Positions 10,976 to 24,470 of a DNA stretch of 41,227 nt are shown here, in pieces. Source of the stretch: Octopus bimaculoides (lineage: Eukaryota). Positions within the stretch are counted from its first letter, which is position 1; each line of letters opens with the position of its first letter. Where the stretch lies: positions 102,851,789-102,893,015 of the forward strand of contig NC_068981.1 of NCBI RefSeq assembly GCF_001194135.2. The letters run 5' to 3'. Made by a program: the position numbers and the translations under genes. A model generated the notes under the pieces. That model saw only the letters and a list, made by a program, of their open reading frames with translations. It had not been told where the DNA came from and ran no database searches.

Positions 10976-12000
10976 TATATATATATATATATTTTAAAGG
11001 TATTTTAAGGTTTTTTTTTACATATAACTTTTTTATATATTTTTACATGTCCCACATGCTATACCTTCATTTTTCATTTATGTATTCTTTATTATTATTT
11101 TTTTTTCCTGTTGTACCCTTATTTTTATTTTTATTTTTATTTTGATTTTGATTTTAATTCTATTTTTTATTTTTATTTCTATCTTATTTTTGTTGTTTTT
11201 CTTCTGGTCTCTACCACACCTCTGTTTTTACCTCTTGCTCTACATTTGTATGAAACCCTTTGTGAATCTCTGAAGAGGCCTAGCGGTTCGGGCATGTAAC
11301 CCCATTTCAACATGTCATCCGATAATCACTCCGGCAAGAAANNNNNNNNNNNNNNNNNNNNNNNNNNNNNNNNNNNNNNNNNNNNNNNNNNNNNNNNNNN
11401 NNNNNNNNNNNNNNNNNNNNNNNNNNNNNNNNNNNNNNNNNNNNNNNNNNNNNNNNNNNNNNNNNNNNNNNNNNNNNNNNNNNNNNNNNNNNNNNNNNNN
11501 NNNNNNNNNNNNNNNNNNNNNNNNNNNNNNNNNNNNNNNNNNNNNNNNNNNNNNNNNNNNNNNNNNNNNNNNNNNNNNNNNNNNNNNNNNNNNNNNNNNN
11601 NNNNNNNNNNNNNNNNNNNNNNNNNNNNNNNNNNNNNNNNNNNNNNNNNNNNNNNNNNNNNNNNNNNNNNNNNNNNNNNNNNNNNNNNNNNNNNNNNNNN
11701 NNNNNNNNNNNNNNNNNNNNNNNNNNNNNNNNNNNNNNNNNNNNNNNNNNNNNNNNNNNNNNNNNNNNNNNNNNNNNNNNNNNNNNNNNNNNNNNNNNNN
11801 NNNNNNNNNNNNNNNNNNNNNNNNNNNNNNNNNNNNNNNNNNNNNNNNNNNNNNNNNNNNNNNNNNNNNNNNNNNNNNNNNNNNNNNNNNNNNNNNNNNN
11901 NNNNNNNNNNNNNNNNNNNNNNNNNNNNNNNNNNNNNNNNNNNNNNNNNNNNNNNNNNNNNNNNNNNNNNNNNNNNNNNNNNNNNNNNNNNNNNNNNNNN

Positions 12001-12243
12001 GTGTGTGTGTGTGTGTGTGTGTGTATGAATATATATATATATATATGTATATATGTGTTGATATATATATATATATGTATATATACGTATATATATATGT
12101 ATATATATATGTATATATTTGTGCATATATATATATATGTATATGCATGTGCATATATGTATATATACATATGTATATATATATATATGTATGTATATGT
12201 ATATATATGTGCATATGTGTGTGTGTGTGTGTGTGTGTGTGTT
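12001..12243. repeat. Compound (TG)n/(TA)n microsatellite
   Basis: Directly visible. Confidence 0.95.
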
Positions 12244-12416
12244 TATCTATCTCAATGTAGGCAGTGGTTTATGACGCCCAAGGTTTTGTATTCTCCCGAG
12301 ACAGACACTAACAGTGACATAACTGATAGTCATTATCTTACAAGAAGAAAAAAAACGCAACAAATAAAGAAATGATATTAATAATATTAATAATATATAT
12401 AAAATAAAACAAATCT

Positions 12417-12454
12417 TACTACTACTGCTGCTGCTGCCACTACTACTACTACTG

Positions 12455-12515
<61 letters not shown>
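12417..12515. repeat. (CTA)n/(CTG)n trinucleotide repeat
   Basis: Directly visible. It explains the poly-Ser ORF on the minus strand. Confidence 0.95.
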
Positions 12516-12517
<2 letters not shown>

Positions 12518-13357
12518 GTTGTAGTCAGTGGGTGAAAGAAAATAAAGCGCATGGATGGTCGCACTCATCAGCTTGTCTCTCAACAAAAACCGTCGTTCAC
12601 CGTCAGCTCTGCCACCCATCTGACACAACACTCTCTGTCTCTATGCTTTCTCCTTCCTCCAACCCTTTCCGCCCTCTCAAATGTTGTTTGGTTGGCATAG
12701 CAACTTAACTTCCTCGTGCTGGGAAAGCCACATAGCAGAAAATATTTCTCTTCTCACTCATTCTTGTTTGTTTATTATTTTTTATATTGTTATGAGTTTT
12801 ATTTGAAAAAAAAAAAAAAAAAAGCTAGAAAATAAAAGAAAATAACAGAGAAACAGAAAGCTGCTTTATTTTACGTACTCGTTTTACGCTTTTTTTTATT
12901 TAGTTTATTTGCTTGTATATGTATGTATGCATATATATATGCTTGTATGTTTGTGCATATATGAGTATGCACGTATATGTATGTGTGTGTGTGATTGCTT
13001 CCTGCTGTCAGATGGTAACCGTCTCACGCAAGACATCTGCACATCATTAGATTACAGTGACATATACATGTACATGTATATGCTACCCTCTGAATATCCA
13101 TAATTAAATAATCAGTAAGAGGCTAGAGCAAGATGACCGAAAGCTATTTCAACCACAGGTTTTCTATTTTATCACAGGGTCTTCTTTTAGACCTTTCCAA
13201 TAAAAGGTTATTTACAAGTCATAAGAAGTCTGATTTAGGTGCTTCGTTCTCCAAGTGATTCTACTCCTCCTCTTGATTGCAAACCTGAGTTTTTCTACGC
13301 CTATGAGCGCACGTGTGTGCATGCTTGTTTGTTTGTGTGTGTGTATGTGTGTGTGAG

Positions 13358-13428
13358 TGGAGGCGCAATGGCCCAGTGGTTAGGGCAGCGGACTCGCGGT
13401 CATAAGATTGCGGTTTCGATTCCCAGAC
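13358..13428 (+). mobile_element. tRNA(Arg)-like SINE head, truncated by gap
   Basis: TGGAGGCGCAATGGCCCAGTGGTTAGGGCAGCGGACTCGCGGTCATAAGATTGCGGTTTCGATTCCCAGAC; same family as 6072-6397. Confidence 0.8.
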
Positions 13429-13968
13429 NNNNNNNNNNNNNNNNNNNNNNNNNNNNNNNNNNNNNNNNNNNNNNNNNNNNNNNNNNNNNNNNNNNNNNNN
13501 NNNNNNNNNNNNNNNNNNNNNNNNNNNNNNNNNNNNNNNNNNNNNNNNNNNNNNNNNNNNNNNNNNNNNNNNNNNNNNNNNNNNNNNNNNNNNNNNNNNN
13601 NNNNNNNNNNNNNNNNNNNNNNNNNNNNNNNNNNNNNNNNNNNNNNNNNNNNNNNNNNNNNNNNNNNNNNNNNNNNNNNNNNNNNNNNNNNNNNNNNNNN
13701 NNNNNNNNNNNNNNNNNNNNNNNNNNNNNNNNNNNNNNNNNNNNNNNNNNNNNNNNNNNNNNNNNNNNNNNNNNNNNNNNNNNNNNNNNNNNNNNNNNNN
13801 NNNNNNNNNNNNNNNNNNNNNNNNNNNNNNNNNNNNNNNNNNNNNNNNNNNNNNNNNNNNNNNNNNNNNNNNNNNNNNNNNNNNNNNNNNNNNNNNNNNN
13901 NNNNNNNNNNNNNNNNNNNNNNNNNNNNNNNNNNNNNNNNNNNNNNNNNNNNNNNNNNNNNNNNNNNN

Positions 13969-14050
13969 CGATAAAATAGAGTACCAGTTGAACTCTGGGT
14001 TGATGTAATTGACTCCCCCCATCCTTCAAAATTTTTGGCCTTGTGCCAAA
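13969..14050 (+). mobile_element. SINE 3' fragment (family of 34813-35024)
   Basis: CGATAAAATAGAGTACCAGTTGAACTCTGGGTTGATGTAATTGACT...GGCCTTGTGCCAAAAT. Confidence 0.7.
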
Positions 14051-14322
14051 ATAATAAAAGAATATTGTACATGAAGGTGCCAGTAACAAGGAAACTGAAA
14101 TGGTATAGCATTAGACACGCACGCGCGCGCAACAGCAACAACAAGAACAGCAACAAAGATAGAAAAAGTTTTACACGGATAGTAATGGAAAGATACAAAC
14201 CAAACCAAACTGGGAAATCTATCGCTTGATCGAGAGACCAAGTAACTTGGAGACTCTTTAAGATTTTTGAGAGCTATATCTTCTGGAAGCTATATCTATA
14301 TGGCAGTGTGTGTGTGTGTATG

Positions 14323-14391
<69 letters not shown>

Positions 14392-14689
14392 GCATTTTTA
14401 TACTATATGTATGTGTGTATATATATGTGTGTGTGAGTATAAGCTATCTGTATGCGTATATAAGCTATATGTGTGCGTGCTTGTGTGTGTATATACATAT
14501 ATTTGTATATGTGTATATATATATATTTCAATAACTATATATGTATGTATGCTTTGGTCGGCCCGAGGCTATAGTAAAAAGCATTTGTGGATCCCTACAG
14601 GCCGTCATTTTGGAGGGCTGCTGCACCTTTTAAAAGAATCAACCTGAAAGTTAACGGTTAAGGAACAGAGGTCATCTATCAATGCCACA

Positions 14690-16010
14690 TTGCTTCACCC
14701 TGTCGCCTTTTCACTTCTTTATTCCGACAGCAATAATTAGATTACAACCTCAAAATTAAGAACAAATTCAAACAGAAAGACATAGACAGGATTTTATACA
14801 TGAATCCCAAGTGCAAAGAAATGCTATCATAGTTATCACATCTTACTTTAATTTGTAGACTTCAAAAATATTTTGATAATCCGTGCAATGAAGACACTGG
14901 GTGTTGGACAAACTATCTTATAATACGAACAAAGCATCTAATGGCGTTCGAGAATATCAAACTTTAAGAAACTAAATGGATTGCAAGATCAACATTCCCA
15001 GTTTTGTGAGAACATTCGTTTCTCTATAGCTGTCAAGCTATCAGAAGTACTGATCAACTCGGTTGCAGATTGAATGACAAATGGTTACCTTTCTAAATTC
15101 CACACTCAATAATGCTGCTGCCAAAAACATCGAATTTGCGATGAAAAATATATCAAGACTGGCTCAACGAAAACTCCCGTACAATCAACAAATTCCTTAA
15201 TCATATTCACAAGGCCCATTTAGTAATTCTGGATAACTTTTCATCAAACATTCTAGGATAAAAAAAAATCAGTGGTAAGCTCTTCAGACTCAGGCTCAAT
15301 CTCTCCATCGTACCCTAAATTATGATTACAGATTTCAAAATCTCGAGAAATCCAAATTACTACAGATAGCCATGACATGCACAGTTTCTATGATACTCTA
15401 CGCGGCCTCAGTTAAGTCTTTAGTGAAAGATCAATGAGAAAATGTGGAACATTGGGAAGGACACTTAAGCAAGCTCCAATACCAACGTAGACCAGCAGGG
15501 GATTTATGACTTGCCCGTCATCCATCATGTTGGCAACTCACTGACACTTGCTGCAGTTAACTCTCGTCAAAACCTTGAAGACGTCAATGGCACACTGCAC
15601 AATCCTCTCTTATGTCCTCTTCAATACAAAATGATAATTAGTCGCACCCTTGCATTTCAGATAACTAGGTATAGTAATTTCCGACTATAAACTGGATGAA
15701 GAGATTCTAAATCAACAGGTTTGTTTCCTTCAGGATGGGGTCAGAAATAAGCTGTTTTTTTAAACTCCACCCAATGTCGTCTTAAGGTATGAGTACATTG
15801 AGCAACTGTTACCCAGGGGCCTGCCTCACGGGTCAAGAGGTCCAAATCTGATTCGAGTATGCTGTAGCTTACTGACAATGAATAAATACTACGGGGCTCT
15901 GTTCATTGATTTGCCCAGAGGTTTATAGTGCAGCTAAGAGCGGCCCTGAAGCCCTGAAGCCCTGATTTCATCTCTCTGCCCCAACAACAATGTTGCTGTT
16001 TGCGTTTTCA
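14690..16010 (+). pseudogene. Heavily decayed RTE-BovB-like LINE ORF2 (endonuclease end, linker, RT start)
   Basis: Colinear motif remnants across frameshifts: RAM..GCWTNYLIIRTK (~14880-14935), QDWLNEN (15154-15174; RTE QDWFDEN), DSHDMHSFYDTL (~15365), HWEGHLSKL (~15450), EEILNQQVCF (~15700), LFIDLPRG (~15898; FIDLxKAFD) and APTTMLLF (~15975). Confidence 0.75.
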
Positions 16011-16287
16011 CTCTTCTGGATGGGTTGGAGGTATAGACCATAAACTGCTATCACAGTGTACTTCAGGACTTAAACATTTAGTGAATTTAGAAGACCAATC
16101 GGTTATCTGGGGAGTGAAGATTACGAAATTCATCAGAATTCATGAGCGAAGGACACCCACTTCATATGGTAAGCTTAGGAGTAATTAGCGGGATATATAG
16201 AATTAGAAGAAAAGTAGTGACACTGTTTGTGAATGTATATGACTATGTATACAAACAAACGAATATACATGTATCTTAACAAAAATA

Positions 16288-16328
<41 letters not shown>

Positions 16329-18665
16329 NNNNNNNNNNNNNNNNNNNNNNNNNNNNNNNNNNNNNNNNNNNNNNNNNNNNNNNNNNNNNNNNNNNNNNNN
16401 NNNNNNNNNNNNNNNNNNNNNNNNNNNNTATACGTTTATATATATATACATATATACACTTACATACATACATTTATATATAATTGTTAAAGAGAACAAC
16501 AAACGTTGAGGCACAGCAAACATCTCAAGTCGTATATATATATTTATTATTGGAAAAATATTTTCCGATAATGATAATGTTTGTTGTCCTCCTTAATAAT
16601 TTTATATCCGCTGCATCGGAAATCTGCAATGGCTCCATAACTACCATCTCAGCTATAACTTAGGAGCCCTAGTAATTCGTTGCAGCACTTACCTAGCGTA
16701 CCCAATCGTTTAGATCATCTGTGAACTAATCCCCTACACTTTGTAAATTTATATATGCATGTATACACACACACATATACACACAGATGCATAGATAAAT
16801 AGATGGATAGAGAAGTTATACCTATATATACAATGGAAAATCCTTGAAGACCCTGTGCAGTTAAAAATCTGCTTAGAATTATTTACTAGCCTGTATGGTC
16901 TCGCTAAGTCAAAATGGTTTTTGTATTCTTCCTTTTTACTTGGAGAGTTTAAATGTAGTTATAAAAACATGTCCTGTTGAAATGTAATTTCAGTAAATTT
17001 CTATATCTTTGTGCTGCTGAGGATTGTTCTGCATTTTATATTTGATGTAATGTTCACATTGCTTAATTAAATAGAGTCGCATGAAACGATCGTACTGCAT
17101 TAACTTTGGATATCCTTGTTGCTTATTTTGACTTTAATCACCTTATTTTGAAATTGTATGGATAGTACCATACTTAACTCTGGTGCCTAAACTTAAGTAC
17201 CATATTCACCTGAATCTAAATTATATATATANNNNNNNNNNNNNNNNNNNNNNNNNNNNNNNNNNNNNNNNNNNNNNNNNNNNNNNNNNNNNNNNNNNNN
17301 NNNNNNNNNNNNNNNNNNNNNNNNNNNNNNNNNNNNNNNNNNNNNNNNNNNNNNNNNNNNNNNNNNNNNNNNNNNNNNNNNNNNNNNNNNNNNNNNNNNN
17401 NNNNNNNNNNNNNNNNNNNNNNNNNNNNNNNNNNNNNNNNNNNNNNNNNNNNNNNNNNNNNNNNNNNNNNNNNNNNNNNNNNNNNNNNNNNNNNNNNNNN
17501 NNNNNNNNNNNNNNNNNNNNNNNNNNNNNNNNNNNNNNNNNNNNNNNNNNNNNNNNNNNNNNNNNNNNNNNNNNNNNNNNNNNNNNNNNNNNNNNNNNNN
17601 NNNNNNNNNNNNNNNNNNNNNNNNNNNNNNNNNNNNNNNNNNNNNNNNNNNNNNNNNNNNNNNNNNNNNNNNNNNNNNNNNNNNNNNNNNNNNNNNNNNN
17701 NNNATATATATATATATATAGCGAAGGAGATTTTAACAAAGATAGAAAGAGCGTGTGTGTCTCGGCGTGTAATTGATTTTCAAATCATTTGCATGCATAC
17801 AAGCGGCCTTCCTGTTCTTGTGTTGGATAAAGTGCAATAAAGAAGGCATCAACAAAACAACTCCAACAACCATGTTATGCTTAACCTTATGGACGGATGA
17901 CCTCCTTAAGTTATTTAGTTATTTACTTATTATTTATTTATTTTCTGTTTTGTTTGTTTGCCGTGATAACAGACAGTCAGCTTATACTCACAACTGAAGT
18001 TTGTATTGAGAGAGTAGAAACCTCCGACATAAACCGAAAGATTGTATGTCAGACAAGTAAATGGGTATAGGATGAAGTCGAGATAAAGAGATAGAAAGAT
18101 GAGGAGAGTGATGGACAGATAAATTGAGAGAGAAAGTGAGACGGTAGAAGAGAGAAAGAGAGGGGGAGTGAGAGGGAGGGAAATAGAGAGATAATGACGA
18201 TGACTATGATGATGATAATGATTATGTGTAAAACATAAAGTTGATATTCTTTATTAGCTTTCGAGATAAACGGTTATCTTCAGCGGCAAGGGTGATTGAG
18301 GTCACATCTTCAGATTAGAACAGAACTACTTTACAGAGATCATTTCTACTGATGTAATTTTTTTTTATTGATTTATTTGTTGGCAACCAGCGTATCTGTA
18401 ACAGAGAGAGAATGAAAGAAAGACAGAGTGAGAGAGGGGGAGGGAGAGAGATGGAAGGAGAGAGATGGAGGGAGAGAGAGAGGTGGGGTCAGAAGGAGAC
18501 GGCATCTGAAAGGCAAAGCTTTATCTTCAGAGCCAGAAACTACTATGTCTCCCTCTGAACAGTCGACGGTCTTCTACACGGTATACGCATTACACACTAC
18601 ACTTCGTTCGTTATAGTACTAACGGTTCACGTATTTGTGATGGAGCAGTTTACTGCATGCGTATA

Positions 18666-18698
<33 letters not shown>

Positions 18699-18730
18699 TC
18701 TCTCTNNNNNNNNNNTACTGCATGCGTATA

Positions 18731-18786
<56 letters not shown>

Positions 18787-18923
18787 GGCATGTTGGTTAA
18801 TGCAGTCCCTGATTTCGTGCATGAAAGAAGTCGGGCTGGTCATAGTTAGAATGCATTTGATCATAGGCCTGCTTAATCAATGTTGTAATGAACTTAACTA
18901 CTTGCTAGAAAAGATAACAAAAT

Positions 18924-19079
18924 CAGGCACTGTCCCAGGAATTTTTCGAAGGTAGGGGGCATAAGGTCAGAACGGAATACAATTCCAGGAGAAAAGGGCA
19001 TAATAACATTATATAGAAGGGCGCACTTCTTTTTTTGAGATAGGCACTCAGACCCCCAACCTCCTTGGGTCCGCCCATG
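18924..19079. mobile_element. Possible degenerate MITE
   Basis: Left CAGGCACTGTCCCAGGAATTTTTCGAAGGTAGGGG and right CCCCCAACCTCCTTGGGTCCGCCCATG resemble CAGGGGCGGATCCAGG-type MITE ends. The TIR match is partial and no TSD is clear. Confidence 0.35.
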
Positions 19080-21029
19080 AAAATTTCCCTCAAGCCACTC
19101 TCTGCTGTTTTAGAAAGGGACGTGTTAGATAATGTAGTTCTGAGTTCCCTGCACATACAAAAATTAGGGTGGTTACGTTTGGAACGCCGTTCATCAGTAG
19201 ACTACTTGATTAGTGCTGATCTGTGACATCAACAACAACAGTCACCTTGCTACAAAAGACCATTCGGTTATTTGGCAAATCGTTCACTCCTAGAACCTCA
19301 TTACACATACGCCTTTTTATTTTATATCTGTCCCTTTCACCAGTACTAAGAAGTTCTTACTCCTATGAACATCCAAACTGTATATCACTTCTGTTTTTCT
19401 GGCCAACCCTCTTTTGTATCATTCCTGAAACCCAACAAAATACATTTTCCCAATATCTTCCTCAAGAACTGAAGTCTTTTTCCTTCTAACTCCCAGATAT
19501 TATTGTTGTTGGTTAGTTCCTAAACAAGAATACTTACCAAATGCTTTCTAACAGTAACTATCTCTTAACTTTGTAGACAATAATATGTGTGATTTGAGGG
19601 AAAGTTGGCCGCTTGGAGAGACATAGGTGCTAAGCAGCATAATGGCCCCAAAGTCATGCATGTTATTCTCTTATAAAATGAAGAACATGTTACATACATC
19701 ACGTTTTGAAATAAAAGGCAAAGAATTTTTGCGAAGTGGGAGTTAGGAAAACAAATTTCATCTCTGGAGTTACCCATTTGAGCAAAGTATATTTTTTGCG
19801 GCACAACAGGTCGAACGACCTCTTAGAAAGGGAGAGGAAAAATTACACTTAGCACCAGCAGACTCTCTCCATTTAAAGAGGGCCTTCACAGGCTGCTACT
19901 GGAATTTTAACTCTGAAATAAATACACCACTTATGGGAAAAAGCTCAACCGGTTGGAAACGGCAGCTAAATCAACTTTAGATCACGTCGCAGCGATATTT
20001 TTAAAGGACACATTACATAATAAAAGAATGTGGGATGATCAGGGCCGAAACGTCTTTCTTTACTCTACCTGGCCTTGGGTCCTGAAATATTGATGAAGTG
20101 ATAGGATCCTTGTTGTAACATACAAGTGAGCATGTTAAACATGCTCATACATGAGCATGTTAAACTTGGTGGATCCCATCCCTCTACAGACCTGAACACA
20201 GATGATTGTTTCTAGAGGGAAATATAGGGACATAGAAATAAATATGGAGGTAGATACGAGCAGAGAGAGAGAGAGAGAGAGAGAAAAGGTAAAAAATAAT
20301 GGGAGAAAAACCGACCCAGTACTATAGTGGTACTTTATTGATCCCAAAAGAATGAAAAGCAAATTTGATTTCAGCTAGATTTGAACAAACTCCTCAATGT
20401 TTTCTATTCCACATTCTTCGATTTTACTTGATCGGGGTTGTTCTGAGGTTCAACAACTAAAGAAACAACTGCCACAGCAGTCACTTACTTTGATTTATAT
20501 AAACTGACAAATCCATTTAAGAACTAATGATTAACTTTATTTTGCTTAGTTATTAGCTGATTAAGGATAAATCAGACCCCATATTTTTAGTTTTTAAAAC
20601 ACGAAATATCATAAAGTGTTCAATGGTGGTGTACTTCTTCGTACATACGTGTGCGCATCTAGCGTAATACTGATTGGCAGAACGTCATGAAAAGATACAC
20701 TGCAGCCTTTGTCCTACAAATGAGTTGTGTCCTCTCTCTGCTTTTTTCACTGCACTACAATGGTTTCTGCTTATAGGAGTTGGCTGGTGTCGTACCACTT
20801 CCACTCCAGCATTTCCAATTCACTCGTCTCTCTGCCTCCCATCAGCCAAGTTGTGTCCTTCCTTTAGATTCCTCGTTAACCATTACACTTAGTCTTTAAT
20901 TCTTTAAACATCTTCTCTTTGCAATTTCCGCTCTACTTTTACAGAAAATTGTGTAAGTGTATGCATGTATGTGTACTTGCGAGTGCGTGTACGTGTATAT
21001 GTGTATATGTGTATATATGCACGCATGTA

Positions 21030-21101
<72 letters not shown>
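21030..21101. repeat. (TG)n microsatellite
   Basis: Directly visible. Confidence 0.95.
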
Positions 21102-21103
<2 letters not shown>

Positions 21104-22308
21104 GGAATCAGTGAAAGCAGTGAGCATTGACCCTTCCTCTAGACAACAAATAAAACATAAAAATGACCGCAGAGCGCTGAATTAAGAACCCCACCCCCTT
21201 CATTGTACTTATTTTCATTGCAATGTTTATCTCCAGAATCTGCAATGGTAGAAGTAAATTTCGCTGTTCATTTTCTCTCTGAAAGTTGACAGAATAAATA
21301 CCAGTTAAAAAAATGTAAAAAGCTTAAACCGTTATATTTATTATAAAAGTCGTTATAATTATTCTTTGTGTTTGTATTATACTATATAGCATTTAGCATG
21401 GTTGTTCTGATGTAAAACATTTTCATATCATTTTCATCATGGAATAGTAAATATAAAGCAACTGAGCTGAGGAAAATAATTCAGATAAACCCATGGCATG
21501 TATTCAGATAAAGCAAGTAAATGTTGATGTACTGAATGACGTACGCAAAAAGTTTCTGAACGTATTGAGAGTTTTCTCTCCAAGGGAAAAAAATCTTGCA
21601 TTCATAAAGAATAAGGAAAAGCAATTTTAGGAAATTGAGAATTAATTTTAATTATTAATTCTTACGCTTAAGGGGAAAATCTGATCTTTTGCAGGTGACA
21701 GCAGCAGCCGGTAATCTTTCAATTTTATTGGATCTTGTCAGGGCATTCTAAACAACAGGTAGATCTGACAGAAATAGCGAATTAATATCGAGTCTGATTA
21801 AAATAAAAGGGAAGAGCACATTGACCAATGAGGGTAGACTTACATATACAACAAAAGCAAAAACAAAACAAGAAACACAAAAACAGAACAAAACAAAGAA
21901 AAGCAGGAACGGCTTTGATCACGTGTCTTCTCAATCAGCCCTGATTTGAGGTAAATAATAGCAACAGCTGTAGTAGCAACAACAGCAAGTATCAATCTAT
22001 TTTCTGCTCGTTTCCGATTTCTCTTCGGCGCTTATCTATGCCCATCGTATATTTGTTCATCTTCACCAAGAATTTGCACTAACCCACATTTTACCCCCTC
22101 CCTCACATGGTTTATAGACATATTTGGATACAGACTCTGCTTAAAGGGCAGAAATTACACACACACACAAACACACAGAGGAACAAATACATCTCCATCA
22201 TGGCCATAATCCCTGCTACCATCATCACCACCACCATGAACTTCACAGCCATCACTCTATCACTGAGATCAGCACCTCCCGTGCAGAGGCACGTTTGTGT
22301 GTATGTGG

Positions 22309-22309
22309 G

Positions 22310-22388
<79 letters not shown>

Positions 22389-22472
22389 TGTGTGCATGTA
22401 TGTGCGTGCATATATAGTGTGTGTGTGTGTGTGTGTGTGTGCATGTGCGTGTGTGTGTGTGTGTGTGTGTGT
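22309..22472. repeat. (GA)n followed by (TG)n microsatellites
   Basis: Directly visible. Confidence 0.95.
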
Positions 22473-23139
22473 AACCGATAGTATAAGTACCATTTAAACA
22501 CTGGGATCTCTGTAATCGACTAGTCCCTTCCTCCAAAGTTTTAGGCCCCGTTGCCTATGTTTGCCATAGACGCACTAGCTCGAACTGAAGCCCATAAGCT
22601 ATACCATCTTATATCCCTACTTCAGTATACACTGTCAACAGCTGCTTAACATGACTCTTATTGCGATAGACATCACATCTGAGAGTATCCTTTAGAATAA
22701 AAGAAATAAAAAACATAATAATTCCACTGATTTCAACATTTCAAAATAACAACCACCGACCGAGGACAGCTTCTTAAAACCGAAAGTTGTTGAATTTTAA
22801 CAGCCAGTTGAGTAAATGAATACATGCCTATATGTTTTGGATATGGTAGTCGTTGTTTAGTTCTATATCATGTCCTGATTCAGCCGGCCCATGAGAAGAT
22901 AGGTTTAATTCGTGAAAGCCTCACATTTCGTTTGCATATTTTGGTCAACTTAACTAACATATCCTCCCTTGGAATGGCATAAGGAAGATTTCGTTGTTAT
23001 TTCTATGTAGTCAAGTTCATTCGTCAGCTCGACACGTATATTCATTAAATCATTGGTGTCGACAGAATAAATACAAACACTCTGCTTCAAGACGGTCAAA
23101 GCACAGTTCGTGTTCTCTGTTGGTGAACTTTGCGATGCT

Positions 23140-23400
23140 TTTATCTTCTATCTTTCACTTGTTCCAGTCATTGGACGACGGTCACCCTGGGGGTTTAGAC
23201 GAACAAATTGACTCCAGTACTTAATTTTTGAAGTTTGGGACTTATTCTGTTAGCCTCTTTCACCGAATCACCAGGTTACAGGGAAATAAACAAACCAATT
23301 GTCAAGCCGTGGTATAGCGGATAAACACAACACAAATAAATACACGCATACATATACCGTGAGCTTCCCTAACCACTAAGCCACACACCTCCACACTAAA
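23140..23400 (-). mobile_element. Degenerate composite SINE (family of 3885-4325)
   Basis: TTTCACTTGTTCCAGTCATTGG...AAATTGACTCCAGTACTTA...TTGTCAAGC modules are shared with the other copies. Confidence 0.6.
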
Positions 23401-24249
23401 TGTGGGTTAAATTATAATTCACATATAAGGAACCTTTTCTGTAATTGGCGGAGCGTTGGATACAATGCATTACAGCGATTATTCCGGTCCTCTGCTCTCT
23501 GAGTTCAAATTCCGCCTTTGATTTTAGATAAAAATGCACAAAATCGGAATAGCGTAATTGTCAGGGCGCCAAACAAGATGCTTAGCCCTATCTGTTTTGG
23601 CTTTTTGCATTCTGACAGAAACAACTGTTATCCAACTGATAGGAAATGATACCCAGCTTTTCTGAGCTTTTCTGAGCTTTCCCTTGGACAGTATTGGTGG
23701 CGTACAGTGTGTGTGCTGGAACTTGCATACATAGGCAATTGCTAGTCGTCCACAAAATAAACTTTGCTTAAACCTACACATAGAGGTACAGATATATTAT
23801 TAAGTCTTGCTAACGGAGGCCTAAGAGACTGGTTTAAAACAACAATATGTAAGTCTGCCAAATTTTCAAGTGCACTAAGCATCATAAGTGGAATAGCTAT
23901 GACCGAAATTCAGTTTCCAAGGGGATTACACGACATGAAATCTACAAACTTTATTTCCATTATTGAATTGTGTCCTGCCCACTTTCCCACTTTTATCGCT
24001 TCTTAAACACTCTGTCAGTAAGGTGTTTACCAATCATAAATCTCATGACATGGTTTTGAAGTACTTCACTTTTTGAAGTTATTTTTTATCAGGCCAGGTG
24101 ACACCGTCAAACCTAATCCACTTCTAAGTTGCACAGAGACAATATGTATGCTATAAATCTAAACTTTGACTTGAATTGATATTCGTGTTAGGAAAAGTTG
24201 TCCATGCAAATAAAAGTTGACGGCTACCTTGTTACTGTTCAAAGCAAAA

Positions 24250-24470
24250 ATATTTGTTTCAAATTTTGCTACAAAGCCTGCAATTTTAGGGCAAGGGGTT
24301 AGTCGGTTATATTAACTCAGTGCTTGAATGATACTTTATTTTATCGCCCCCAAGAGAATGAGAGGAAAGGTTGACCTTAGCAGAATTTGAGCAGGGGACG
24401 TAAAGAGCCGGAAGAAATGTCGATAAGTATTTGTTCCGACGCGCTAACGGTTCAGCCAGTTCGTCGCGTT
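24250..24470 (-). mobile_element. SINE (family of 34813-35024)
   Basis: Reverse complement of the GGCGAGCTGG...AAATGCTTAG...TTCAAATTCTGCTAAGGTCAACC...ATAAAATAAAGTA family. Confidence 0.7.

Noticed and set aside
11270-11295. CTGAAGAGGCCTAGCGGTTCGG hammerhead-like motif
   Set aside because: It lacks the essential GAAA and a stem I/III.
12247-12564. Poly-Ser protein ORF
   Set aside because: Translation of a (CTA)n microsatellite.
13358-13428. tRNA gene
   Set aside because: No proper acceptor stem. The same head continues into a SINE body at 6072-6397, so it is a SINE head.
11307-14198. Long ORFs (190-300 aa) in the ORF track, also at 5881-6174, 9406-9815, 16203-16523 and 17183-17776
   Set aside because: They only run through N gaps and dinucleotide repeats (poly-X, YIYI, CVCV, HTHT).
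18651-18785. Duplicated TACTGCATGCGTATAC(TC)n block
   Set aside because: It flanks a 10-N gap; assembly artefact.
5362-19540. Strong minus-strand GTAAGT donors at ~5365, ~16690 and ~19535, and a plus-strand acceptor at ~31984
   Set aside because: No paired splice site gave a convincing open coding exon. They could be UTR exons, but this cannot be supported from sequence alone.
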